The translations under genes were made by a program, and so were the position numbers. Positions 21,738-30,698 of a DNA stretch of 64,000 nucleotides are shown piece by piece. Origin of the DNA: Nitrosarchaeum sp. (GTDB lineage: Archaea; Thermoproteota; Nitrososphaeria; Nitrososphaerales; Nitrosopumilaceae). The notes under the pieces are model-generated. The model was not told the DNA's origin. It searched no databases and saw nothing but the letters and a program-made list of their open reading frames with translations. Location: assembly GCA_965223865.1 (NCBI GenBank), contig OZ245020.1, positions 224,001 through 288,000 of the forward strand, given 5' to 3'. Position 1 is the first letter of the stretch. Every line of letters begins with the position of its first letter.

Positions 21738-21920
21738 ATGCCAAACATAATGAGAAAAAGTGGTGGAAAAAATCCAGACAAAATTGCAGATACTGTGGAA
21801 ATGCTGTTGATGAAACACACGTATACTGTTCAAGAGAATGTGAAAAGAGAGATGGCGCCTGGAATTTTAATTAAGAAACATGAAGAAAAAGAAGAGGAAA
21901 AAATTATTTGCAGCCGATGA
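21738..21920 (+). CDS. Hypothetical 60-aa protein
   Basis: ORF track; heads a run of co-oriented small ORFs. Confidence 0.4.
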   Translation: MPNIMRKSGGKNPDKIADTVEMLLMKHTYTVQENVKREMAPGILIKKHEEKEEEKIICSR

Positions 21921-21926
21921 AACAGA

Positions 21927-22025
21927 ATGAATGTAAAGTGTAAAAACTGTGGAAAAGATTTTGAATTATTTAATTCGGAATTTTGTAGTATGTAATGCAG
22001 TAAAAGATACTATCTAAATATGTGA
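21927..22025 (+). pseudogene. TRASH/MYM-like zinc-finger microprotein with internal stop (CKNC...FCSM*CS)
   Basis: In-frame TAA inside the FCSxxC motif; intact paralogue at 25635-25739. Confidence 0.55.
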
Positions 22026-22031
22026 TAAGAG

Positions 22032-22208
22032 ATGCCAGGATATCTTGGAAATAAATCAACTAATATAGTGCATCTCCTGTCTGAAATGAAAAAAGAGTGT
22101 AAAATTGTAGAAATAAAAATGGAAGACAGGCAATATTTTACTCCTGATAATCTGAACACTGCTGAAAAACAGAATTTTTCCCCATGCAGATGGTGTATAA
22201 AAAACTAA
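22032..22208 (+). CDS. Ada metal-binding-domain-like microprotein (58 aa)
   Basis: YLGNKSTNIVH...C...YF...A...FSPCRWC matches the stand-alone Ada-type Zn domain pattern. Confidence 0.65.
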   Translation: MPGYLGNKSTNIVHLLSEMKKECKIVEIKMEDRQYFTPDNLNTAEKQNFSPCRWCIKN

Positions 22209-22439
22209 ATTGGGATGTCTTGGACAAGCATATCCTTAATGAAGTATAACAATGACTCTTGAATCTCTAGTTAAAATTGGACGTATAGACATGTAACCTC
22301 GAAAATGGCTAATAGCAAAGAAGGTAAAGTAAACAGCATAGTTATTCCTCAACACATATTTTTAATCTGAATTTTTACTCCTTTTGTTTACTTTATTGGA
22401 TTATCACTGGCTAATTAGATAGATCACTTCTCAGATAAA

Positions 22440-22502
22440 ATGGCAAAAGCAAAGAAAGCCTCAACAACCAAGAAAACTGCAGCAAAGAAGACCAAGAAGT
22501 AA
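22440..22502 (+). CDS. Lys/Ala-rich 20-aa peptide MAKAKKASTTKKTAAKKTKK (histone H1-like composition)
   Basis: Clean ATG..TAA with strongly biased composition, followed by a T-rich terminator. Confidence 0.55.
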   Translation: MAKAKKASTTKKTAAKKTKK

Positions 22503-23404
22503 ATCTGATCTTCTAACCTTTTTTCTACTTTCTTACAATTATGAAATGAAAATACTCATCTGATACAGATTTTATGGTTGCAACAATTATTGCAATGATG
22601 ACAAGATAAGATGAGCCAACTTTTCACAAAGTTAATTAACTTGAGTTAATCCTGCATTTTCATGATAGGGTTCTGTCACAAATGTCACCGTTCGGGGATT
22701 GAGGTTCTAAAAACTACAGTTTTGCTAAGTGAAGTTGGAGCTGTAGATATTCCACTATGTGTTAATTGTAGAGAGAATTGATTTTCAACTAGGTGTGAAA
22801 GTAATGGAAAACTGTGTAGTTTGTGGCAAAAAGACCTACGAAAATAATAACAATTATTGTTCTTACCAGTGTGAGTTTTTTGCATCTTGCACAGGAAGGA
22901 AATTCTACAATAAAAAAGAACTGCAATAGTTTTACTTATTCAACAAGATAACCACACTGGAATTACTGTCATTTTAGATTCTCATTTGTATCTGGATTAA
23001 AATTTTGTTTATTATTTATCAACGAATGTTGAGGTTGAAAATTAACTACTCTTTCTAAGAAAAGCAATAATGATAAAGGAATTTTTTGAGTTCATTTGGG
23101 ATTTGATATCAGGAAACTAATTTTTTCTCATCCTATATTTCAATTTAGACTGTTTACATAGATACTCCGGTATTTTTTACCTAGTTTTTAAGATAATATT
23201 TTTCAGAGCATTCCTTGCAGCAAAATTCACTTGTGAATAATTCGAATTTTTTGTTACAATTTTTACAGTTTGTTATCATTTTTGTACATGATGTGCAATG
23301 AATCTAGTATAAGAACTTGATAGCAATGGAGTATTTGTGAATGGGTGGGTTGAAACTGTTTACTTGTCTACTATAATACATAGTTTCATTTCTGAAAATT
23401 TGGC

Positions 23405-23938
23405 ATGGCACACACTAAACCAGTAGTTGAAATAGTCAATGTAGTAGCTTCGGCAACAATCGAGCAAAGACTAGATCTTTTAGATATAACAAAAAAATTT
23501 CCAGATGTAGAATATAACCCTGACCAATTTCCGGGAGCAGTTTTCAGGCTTCATAACCCAAAGACTGCCACACTGCTATTTGGTTCAGGAAAGATGGTGT
23601 GTACAGGTGCAAAATCAGCAGAGATGGCCATCAAGGCAGTTAACACCGTTGTTCAAAAGCTAAGAAAAGGCAAGATCAAAATCAAAAACGAACCAATAGT
23701 CACAGTACAAAATATTGTATCATCGATTAATCTGGGAGGAAAGGTCAGTCTGGAACAAGCAGCTAGAACGTTACCAAGAAGCATGTACGAGCCCGAACAA
23801 TTTCCAGGAATGATTCACAGAATGCTTGATCCAAAAACGGTAATTCTGATTTTTGCATCAGGAAAGCTAGTATGCGTTGGAGCAAAAAGAGAGGAAGAAA
23901 TACACCGTTCTGTAAACAATATTCACAGTGAACTTTAG
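23405..23938 (+). CDS. tbp: TATA-box binding protein (island copy; TAG truncates the C-terminal ~9 aa)
   Basis: NVVAS, YNPDQFPG and GSGKMVCTGAKS, with a second repeat YEPEQFPG. The frame continues EKNLMDYD* to 23965 after the TAG. Confidence 0.92.
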   Translation: MAHTKPVVEIVNVVASATIEQRLDLLDITKKFPDVEYNPDQFPGAVFRLHNPKTATLLFGSGKMVCTGAKSAEMAIKAVNTVVQKLRKGKIKIKNEPIVTVQNIVSSINLGGKVSLEQAARTLPRSMYEPEQFPGMIHRMLDPKTVILIFASGKLVCVGAKREEEIHRSVNNIHSEL

Positions 23939-24093
23939 GAGAAAAATCTGATGGATTATGACTAACTGAAATTAATAATAAAATTATACAAAATCAATCC
24001 GACTTGTCCTACGAAATAGACGATAATATGCTCACGTGGAATAAAGAATCATCAAAAAATCTACTATATGTTAAAATGCTAATAATCATCAAA

Positions 24094-24216
24094 TCATTTT
24101 GATGTTATGTGGATAATTTTTTGGCATCTCACACATTCGTATATGTCCTTGAATCCTCCCATCTTGACTTTTGAATCGTGAGGGCAAGTATCTTGAGTTA
24201 CTGTTCTGTATGCCAA
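24094..24216 (-). CDS. 40-aa zinc-ribbon microprotein (CPH...YECVRC)
   Basis: TTG start immediately after the upstream stop, GGAGA upstream, CxH...CxxC motif. Confidence 0.6.
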   Translation of the reverse strand: MAYRTVTQDTCPHDSKVKMGGFKDIYECVRCQKIIHITSK

Positions 24217-24366
24217 TTAATTTTCTATCTCCATCATCATATTCTCTTTTGATAATTTATCATCTGAAATGGATTTTTTGTGAGTTTTTTCATGAGCAAT
24301 TACTTTTTCAAATGTATCAATGTTACCTTCCCAATGGAATTTACAATTTTTGCAATTATACTTCAT
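24217..24366 (-). CDS. C2H2 zinc-finger microprotein (MKYNCKNCKFHWEGNIDTFEKVIAHEKTH...)
   Basis: Paralogue of 20116-20205, with mostly synonymous or conservative differences. Confidence 0.65.
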   Translation of the reverse strand: MKYNCKNCKFHWEGNIDTFEKVIAHEKTHKKSISDDKLSKENMMMEIEN

Positions 24367-24473
24367 TTTGATTCCTCGTAATTTCTTCGAAATTGATGTA
24401 AGAAACTAGTACTGGAATAATAAACTCTGTATTTTAGCAAATATAATGAGGTCTCAATTGTTTCTAGCATCAT
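24363..24473 (-). CDS. 36-aa microprotein, paralogue of 20202-20309
   Basis: MMLETIETSLY...; ATGA overlap with the downstream ORF. Confidence 0.55.
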   Translation of the reverse strand: MMLETIETSLYLLKYRVYYSSTSFLHQFRRNYEESK

Positions 24474-24629
24474 TCAAAATTGTACTCCTTTGCAAAGATC
24501 CATGATAATCCCATCTACTCCAGTTATTTCACTCATAATGGTTGGAAGAGGGTTTTTGGCCTCACTTCCAACCAAAGATGACAGTACGGTTTTCTGGCTA
24601 TGTGTGTTTAACATTATTTGTTGTGTCAT
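24474..24629 (-). CDS. Leaderless 51-aa leader ORF containing a hairpin, paralogue of 20303-20473
   Basis: TATA-like CTTAATAC ~22 nt upstream; hairpin at 24539-24574; 3' part is in a different frame from copy 1. Confidence 0.35.
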   Translation of the reverse strand: MTQQIMLNTHSQKTVLSSLVGSEAKNPLPTIMSEITGVDGIIMDLCKGVQF

Positions 24630-25029
24630 GGAATGAGTATGGAATACGCGGTATTAAGACAAGATAATTTTGCTCAAAGATTATCCAAAGAAAACTAGTT
24701 GATTTCGTGCGCGACAAAGTCAACTCGTATAAAACAAGAAGACATGATAATGAAAGAACATATTCAATTTTACATTTTTCTGATGATTAAATTATCCACA
24801 TTGTTTATATCATTGAATTGGTTTGAACCCTTGCCGTCATAAGGTTTGTAGGTACAACCTAGTTGGCAAAATCCACACGGAATGAAAAACCTTCGAAACA
24901 ACTAACTAGTATCGATAATTTTCTTTCATAGACTTGCGTTTCTTCCTGTTTTGTTTTAGATCTTCATCATATTTAGGAAAAAGACTTTCAAATCTGGAAT
25001 CTAATGATTCTTCTGAACTTTCTAGCATC

Positions 25030-25239
25030 TCAATAACCGTATCTGTTTTCAGTCTTCAGAATCTCCTTGTATTTTTTGTAGTGTTCACTGCACAGAATTC
25101 TATCATCTGCATCTTTTCTTATCATTGCCTTCTTGTAACATGAAACATTTTTTTCTATGTCATAAAAGTTGCATTGGCCAGTAGTGTGTAAATCAGATGA
25201 ATTGCCTGATCTAGACTTCATAGAGTGTCTGTCTATCAT
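25030..25239 (-). CDS. Small C-x10-C-x15-C-xx-H protein, possibly frameshifted at the 3' end
   Basis: CNFYDIEKNVSC...LCSEH; an alternative frame continues to ~24905. Confidence 0.5.
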   Translation of the reverse strand: MIDRHSMKSRSGNSSDLHTTGQCNFYDIEKNVSCYKKAMIRKDADDRILCSEHYKKYKEILKTENRYGY

Positions 25240-25316
25240 AGTTTTACAGTTTTAATATATGAAAAGCATATTGTGTTGAATCTACATGAAATCAAGTAGT
25301 TGATTTTATTTTGGTT

Positions 25317-25430
25317 CTATGCAACTTTTATTCCCAGTCCTCGTTCATGGGACTGCTGACAGTAAGGTCAGTCTGGTTGGAGAAAATTAGCTTTATGGAC
25401 CCTGCAATAGTGAGATGTCTTTGGCTTCAC
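25317..25430 (-). pseudogene. Zinc-finger microprotein with TGA at a Cys position (CRVH...D*PYC)
   Basis: GTG start overlaps the upstream stop; in-frame TGA at 25368-25370 in a would-be CPYC. Confidence 0.5.
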
Positions 25431-25522
25431 TTCCATTTTCCTATGTGGCATTCGCATTCACAACCATCCACACACCTCATTCTTGCACAATCACTGCAAC
25501 GACTGTTTTTTGAATGGTTCAA
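25427..25522 (-). CDS. Metallothionein-like 31-aa peptide (CSDC..RC..GCECECH)
   Basis: GGAGG RBS, TTG start, 6 Cys plus His. Confidence 0.55.
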   Translation of the reverse strand: MNHSKNSRCSDCARMRCVDGCECECHIGKWK

Positions 25523-25634
25523 TACTCGTTTCCTCCAGCGCTTGGCCAAAATGAATTTTTTCTGATATTTAAGGAGAATTGTATTTGACTTTCTTCAGTA
25601 TAAAATCAAGTTCTCAAGGATTAATCAAGAAATG

Positions 25635-25739
25635 TCATTTCGGTTTATTTTCAAAACCAAAAGCTACAGCACATGCCAAACTGCAAAACTCACTCTGTCT
25701 TGACGAATAATCCTTGTCACAGTGTTTGCATTTTTTCAT
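25635..25739 (-). CDS. TRASH/MYM-like zinc-finger microprotein (MKKCKHC...EFCSLAC)
   Basis: CxxC...FCSxxC, 34 aa; paralogue at 21927. Confidence 0.65.
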   Translation of the reverse strand: MKKCKHCDKDYSSRQSEFCSLACAVAFGFENKPK

Positions 25740-26014
25740 TTTTACAACATAATCATATTGTCTGGCTTTAAATGCGGACGTAACTTGATTAATGCCGATT
25801 TAAGCTCATCTAGTTGATTTTAAATTATTGCATAGGCAGCTAACATCGTGACTGTAGCTGGATGTTGGATTCTCCAGATGATGTAACGTTTATGATATTA
25901 CTATTATTGATTTTCAAAAATTTCATAGATGTGTCCAGTAAACATATAATTGAAAAGTATGAAAAAATAAACTTTTGAAAAGATAATTCAGTTTTACAAA
26001 ATCAATTTTCAAAA

Positions 26015-26236
26015 ATGAGTTCTTACAATACACAATTTAAGGATGAAATTTCTCATTTATTTATGGTATCAATAAATGAACTACGGGTGTGCAAATCATG
26101 TGGAAATGTATTTTCTAAAAAGGCAGGATCTACATTAATAATTGAATGTCCTCAATGCAAGCAAACTAATTTTGAACCCATCAAAATGGAATCTGATTTA
26201 GAAACTGAAAAAGTATATCTGGATGAATTAGATTGA
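26015..26236 (+). CDS. Zinc-ribbon protein
   Basis: CKSCG...CPQC motif. Confidence 0.65.
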   Translation: MSSYNTQFKDEISHLFMVSINELRVCKSCGNVFSKKAGSTLIIECPQCKQTNFEPIKMESDLETEKVYLDELD

Positions 26237-26263
26237 AAATCCAAGTAATAATAGATCTATAAC

Positions 26264-26422
26264 TTGTTCTCTCCTGAATCTAATGGTCCTGTCAATGAAG
26301 TAAAGAGAAAAGTAGTAAAACAAAACTTGATCAAAAGCGATCTTTCCTCTTTGCTTGTAGGTTCTATTGCTGCCACTATTGCATATTGGATAGGACTAAT
26401 GCTGGGAGAATTTGTATCATAA
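26264..26422 (+). pseudogene. Possible C-terminal fragment of a VIT1/CCC1 family transporter
   Basis: K..VKQNLIKS...LLVGSIAATIAYWIG resembles the last TM helix of VIT1 proteins; no upstream part present. Confidence 0.4.
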
Positions 26423-26513
26423 ATAAGATATTAGTAATTTTATGCCAACTCCATCTTGTTAATTTTTTGTAGTTATTGATGATCTAATATGTTGATTAAT
26501 AGAAAATTAAGAA

Positions 26514-26930
26514 CTATGTATCTCTTGGCTGGACATAGTCTTTTTTCACAATCAATACATCAAACCCTTCATCCTTTGTTGGTGTTTCAAGCTCTTTTAG
26601 CTGCTTGTTTATTACAACTAGTGGAAACTGTTCGTTTCTTCTCGTTCTTCTTTGGTGAAGCAAACTAATAGATGTGTTCATAAAAATTCCAATTACCTTG
26701 GCATTGTATTTTTTGGCAAGGTCTATGTGCTGTTTTCGTATATTTTGAGTGAGGTTTGTATCATCTACCACAACACTGTTTCCTTCTTTGAGGCATTCTT
26801 CAATGTACTCTAATTCTTTTTTCCTGATATTGTCAAAATATGATAATCTAACTACCTCATGATCAAAATTGGACCTAACATAGGTGGTTTTGCCACTTAA
26901 TGCCACTCCAATCATAAGCACATAATCCAT
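26514..26930 (-). CDS. P-loop kinase (AAA_33 / polynucleotide-kinase-like)
   Basis: GVALSGKTT, SVVVDDTN...R and EGFD motifs. Confidence 0.85.
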   Translation of the reverse strand: MDYVLMIGVALSGKTTYVRSNFDHEVVRLSYFDNIRKKELEYIEECLKEGNSVVVDDTNLTQNIRKQHIDLAKKYNAKVIGIFMNTSISLLHQRRTRRNEQFPLVVINKQLKELETPTKDEGFDVLIVKKDYVQPRDT

Positions 26931-27046
26931 TTTCTTAATTTCTTGTTACCGTGTTTCTAATTTTAAATGAATATGACAAGCAAGATGTCATGAGATTCAT
27001 TACAAATCAAAGAACATCATATTCTCAGATTCTTTGTTATGATTGC

Positions 27047-28702
27047 CTATTCCATTCCCATTCCAGGTGGCATTCCGCCCATTCCTCCTTGAGGAGGTGG
27101 CATAGAAGATCTGGAGGATGCTACAACATTGTCTATTCTCAGTATCATGTTTGCAGTCTCTGTGGCAGATTTTATTATCTGCTCTTTGACCTTTACTGGC
27201 TCTATTATTCCCAATTTTTCAAAATCAGCTATTTTTCCATTAACCACGTCAACTCCCGTAAATCTTTCATCTGCACTTTGTTTTGATCTAAGTTGTGTAA
27301 TTGCATCAATAGGGTTCATTCCTGCATTTCTTGCAAGTGCAAGAGGGATTGATTCCATGGCATCTGCAAATTTCTCAACTGCAAGCTGTTCTCTTCCAGA
27401 CAACGATTTTGCCCATTCTCTTAGTTTTAGCGCAATAAATGCCTCGGGTGCGCCTCCTCCATAAACAATCTTTGGTTTTTCAATTACATCCTTTACAACC
27501 ATCAATGCGTCATGCATTGATCTGTCAGCCTCATCTATTACTCTCTGGGATCCACCTCTCACAAGGATGCTTATTGCCTTTGGATTCTTGCATCCTTCAA
27601 TGAATACCCAGTTGTCCTCTTCGATTCTTTTTTCCTCAACATTGTCTGCAGAACCCAAATCTGATTCTGTTAGATCATCGACTCTCCCTACTATTCTGCC
27701 CCCAGTGGCTTTTGCAAGCTTTGTCATGTCGCTTTCCTTGATTCTTCTTACTGCAAGCATTCCTTCCTTGCTCATGTAATGCTGAATGATGTCATCGATT
27801 CCCTTTTGGCATAAAATCACGTTAGTACCAGTTGATTTTATCTTGCTTACAATGTCTTTTAGGATTTGACTCTCTTCTTCCATGAATGACTTTATCTGGT
27901 TGGGAGACGATATGTTCAGTTTTGCCTCAAACTCTGTCTTTTTTATCTCAAGTGCATCGTTGATTAGCGCAATCTTTGCATTCTCGATTCTTCGTGGCAT
28001 GCCACTATGAACTATCTCTTTGTCAAGTACGATACCGCTTACAAGCTCACTGTCTGAAACTGAACCTCCTGTCTTTTTTTCCACCTTTATGTTGTCCAAG
28101 TTTACTTTGAATGCACCGTTTTTTTCCTCAATTACCTTCAATGATGCATCGACCACCAACTTTGCAAGATCTGTTGCTTCTATGGATACAAGTTTTGTTT
28201 GCATTGAGGTGTTTGCAATCTTTTCTAGAATATCCTTGTTCTTAGGATCAATACTTGTTGTGATTTCAGATAAAAACTCTACTGCCTTTCTTGATGCCTT
28301 TTTGTAGCCATCTGCAATGATTACTGGATGAATTTCATCGTCAATTAATGATTCGGCCTTTTCAAGCAACGCTCCTGCAAGAACTACTGCAGATGTTGTA
28401 CCATCTCCCACCTCACTATCTGTTGCCTTTGCAACTTCAACCATCATCTTGGCAGCAGGATGTTGAACATCAATCTCTTTGAGAATAGTTGCACCATCAT
28501 TAGTGATAGTTACATCTCCCAATGAATCAACTAACATCTTGTCCATTCCTCTAGGACCAAGACTTGTCTGAATTATTTCTGCAATAAGCTTTGCAGCTCT
28601 GATGTTGTTTCGTTGGGCATCACGTCCATGAGATTGTTTTGTTCCCTCCTTTAGTAAAATTACAGGAACTCCTTCTGAAGTGGTTCCAATCTGTTGTGAC
28701 AT
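27047..28702 (-). CDS. ths: Thermosome (group II chaperonin) subunit
   Basis: [22 protein letters not shown] and GGM-rich C-terminal tail. Confidence 0.96.
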   Translation of the reverse strand: MSQQIGTTSEGVPVILLKEGTKQSHGRDAQRNNIRAAKLIAEIIQTSLGPRGMDKMLVDSLGDVTITNDGATILKEIDVQHPAAKMMVEVAKATDSEVGDGTTSAVVLAGALLEKAESLIDDEIHPVIIADGYKKASRKAVEFLSEITTSIDPKNKDILEKIANTSMQTKLVSIEATDLAKLVVDASLKVIEEKNGAFKVNLDNIKVEKKTGGSVSDSELVSGIVLDKEIVHSGMPRRIENAKIALINDALEIKKTEFEAKLNISSPNQIKSFMEEESQILKDIVSKIKSTGTNVILCQKGIDDIIQHYMSKEGMLAVRRIKESDMTKLAKATGGRIVGRVDDLTESDLGSADNVEEKRIEEDNWVFIEGCKNPKAISILVRGGSQRVIDEADRSMHDALMVVKDVIEKPKIVYGGGAPEAFIALKLREWAKSLSGREQLAVEKFADAMESIPLALARNAGMNPIDAITQLRSKQSADERFTGVDVVNGKIADFEKLGIIEPVKVKEQIIKSATETANMILRIDNVVASSRSSMPPPQGGMGGMPPGMGME

Positions 28703-28861
28703 TTAGGTTTCTGGTTTTCTGCAATGTTGTATTTATTCTGATGTTACGATTGTCATTTGTGATACAACAAGCACAAGAGAACTGAGAAAACCAAAATTGA
28801 TAATCTGCATGTGTATTTAATTATGATTTTTGTGTAGTGTGTCCTGCATTGAACTTTGGTT

Positions 28862-28940
28862 TAGTGCAACGCACGGAAACGTAGGGTGTTAACCCAATGC
28901 GATGTACTTTGGTATGCCGTGTATTGCGTTTCCGTGACTA
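28862..28940 (+). ncRNA. Candidate structured RNA/DNA element (3-way junction) between thermosome and hsp20
   Basis: CACGGAAACG/CGTTTCCGTG 10-bp stem enclosing GGGT-GTTA-ACCC and a G.U-containing hairpin. Confidence 0.35.
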
Positions 28941-29119
28941 AGATATAATATGACAGGTTTACTGACATTTCATCATTGTAAATGTCTGATATGAATGAGT
29001 GTTGCAACCATATTTCATGAGACTAGTGGATTTTGGTAATAAATCCAGGATAAAAAGTAAAAATCAAAATTGAAAATATGCGATACGTAAAAATCTGCTT
29101 TTTGATATATCGCTGCTTA

Positions 29120-29608
29120 ATGACTAATAACGAAAACAACGACAAAGAGAAAAAAGAGATTGTGCCATTTTGGCGTTCTGGATTTGATGAATTAGATCGA
29201 GTCTTTGATAATTTCAAAAGAGATTTTGAACATGCATTTGCTCCTGCCTTTGCTGCAAAGCCACTTCATCTGTTTGAGGCCACAACAGCATGTGACTTGG
29301 TAGATGAGGGAGACAAATTTGTGGTTACTGCAGACATGCCCCGAATAAAAAAAGAAGAGATAAACCTCAATGTAGGTGATGACTATATTGACATCTCAGC
29401 CGAACATAAGGAATCTGAAGAAGAAAAGAAGAAAAAATACATCAAAAAAGAACACAGCGAAGTATCAATTCACAGAAGGATTTCTCTTCCTGACAGGGTA
29501 AAGTCATCTGATGTCAAAGCCAAACTAAACAATGGGATATTGACAGTAGAGATTCCAAAGGAAAAGCCTACTCCAGAGCCAAAGACTACCAAAATCAAGA
29601 TAGAGTAA
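29120..29608 (+). CDS. Small heat-shock protein Hsp20
   Basis: Alpha-crystallin domain: DLVDEGDKFVVTADMP...AKLNNGILTVEIPK. Confidence 0.93.
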   Translation: MTNNENNDKEKKEIVPFWRSGFDELDRVFDNFKRDFEHAFAPAFAAKPLHLFEATTACDLVDEGDKFVVTADMPRIKKEEINLNVGDDYIDISAEHKESEEEKKKKYIKKEHSEVSIHRRISLPDRVKSSDVKAKLNNGILTVEIPKEKPTPEPKTTKIKIE

Positions 29609-29780
29609 CAATATCCAAAAACCATTATTTTTTAATTCTTGAAAAAATATCGGAAAATGCCGAAAAGATAATCTCTGAAATTGAACTGTTGATGTATAAC
29701 AAACAAATTTTGTATTAATGTCAGAAGATAAAATGTGAAATACTGTGATTCTCATTATTCTTTAGTATACTGAAATTAAT

Positions 29781-30026
29781 CTAGTTTGAACCAATCAGGG
29801 TCAAGGTGGAATTGACACCATTGATGTATCTGATCTTTGTGTGTACCATGTTTTTTAGTTGTTCATGTGGAATGCTTACCTGTACCAAAACATCATAGAT
29901 TCCTTGAACAGGTATTACATCTGAAATACACGGTATGTTTTTGAGCTCTTTTATTACACTGTTTCTTTTTGTCTCATTACATGTCAACAAAACAAACGAT
30001 GTGCGGTTGTTTTTTGACTCTGACAA
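29781..30026 (-). CDS. Stand-alone Lrp/AsnC ligand-binding domain protein
   Basis: FVLLTC...VQGIYDVLV...KIRYINGVNSTLT pattern. Confidence 0.8.
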   Translation of the reverse strand: MSESKNNRTSFVLLTCNETKRNSVIKELKNIPCISDVIPVQGIYDVLVQVSIPHEQLKNMVHTKIRYINGVNSTLTLIGSN

Positions 30027-30080
30027 GCTTGTAGTTATTATGTTTCTGAATGGTTAAGAGATTTTCTATATAATAAAAGG

Positions 30081-30120
30081 TGCAGTTTAGAGTAGTTTTG
30101 AGTAGTTTGGTGCAGTTTTA
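30081..30120. repeat. Four imperfect 10-bp tandem repeats
   Basis: TGCAGTTTAG AGTAGTTTTG AGTAGTTTGG TGCAGTTTTA. Confidence 0.6.
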
Positions 30121-30216
30121 GAAAACATTGCAAGCATCTAGGTTAATTTTGAATTATGGAATATTATTTGCAATGATATGTTTTGCCAAAAATATTGGCT
30201 TATCTTCTGGAAAATC

Positions 30217-30468
30217 TCAGTCATAAATACGTCTTCTATGATCAACTTCTACTACAAAAATTATCATCTTTCCCTGCTGTAAATCCATAATAACTCGATA
30301 ATTGCCTACACGCATCCTAAAGAATGCAGAATCAGATAGCTTTCTTACTGCAACAAACGGATTGTCTGTTATTTCCAGTACAGCATCTTTTATTCTTCTT
30401 GCTTGTTTTTTATCTAATTTTTTTAGCTGCCTAACTGACCTAAAAGACCACAAGACACTCCAGGTCAT
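30217..30468 (-). CDS. RelE/ParE family toxin
   Basis: QLKKLDK...RI, FRMRVGNYRVI and VDHRRRIY motifs. Confidence 0.9.
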   Translation of the reverse strand: MTWSVLWSFRSVRQLKKLDKKQARRIKDAVLEITDNPFVAVRKLSDSAFFRMRVGNYRVIMDLQQGKMIIFVVEVDHRRRIYD

Positions 30469-30698
30469 TATAGTCCCAATTCTTTGTTTAGCTGCTCAGT
30501 AGTGTATACTCTGCCTGCCTTGATGTCTGCTATTGCCTCTTCAATGTTTTTTATTGTTTGAGGCGAGAGTTCATCATCATAGTCTCTTTTTTGAATCAGC
30601 CTTTGGATTATCTGATCAAATGTCTCATTTGGGTATAGTTTTTGTTTTTCCAAGACATCCTTTGTTTTTTTGTCCAGTTGGATTGTGGTTCGTACCAT
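30468..30698 (-). CDS. Antitoxin (RHH-like N-terminus) of a type II TA pair
   Basis: TTIQLD...ETFDQIIQRL and IKAGRVYTTEQLNKELGL; its stop overlaps the toxin start. Confidence 0.85.
   Translation of the reverse strand: MVRTTIQLDKKTKDVLEKQKLYPNETFDQIIQRLIQKRDYDDELSPQTIKNIEEAIADIKAGRVYTTEQLNKELGL

Noticed and set aside
21927-25430. Alternative genetic code or stop-codon recoding explaining in-frame stops in island genes
   Set aside because: The interrupting stops are of all three types (TAA, TAG, TGA) and co-occur with frameshifts, which fits neutral decay better.
25836-25870. Possible pseudoknot (CAGCT/AGCTG with AACATC/GATGTT)
   Set aside because: Stems are short with zero-length loops and there is no second copy; compatible with chance.
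28862-28940. Three-way junction with GAAAC as a hammerhead ribozyme
   Set aside because: The CUGAnGA core is absent on both strands; kept only as an unassigned structured element.
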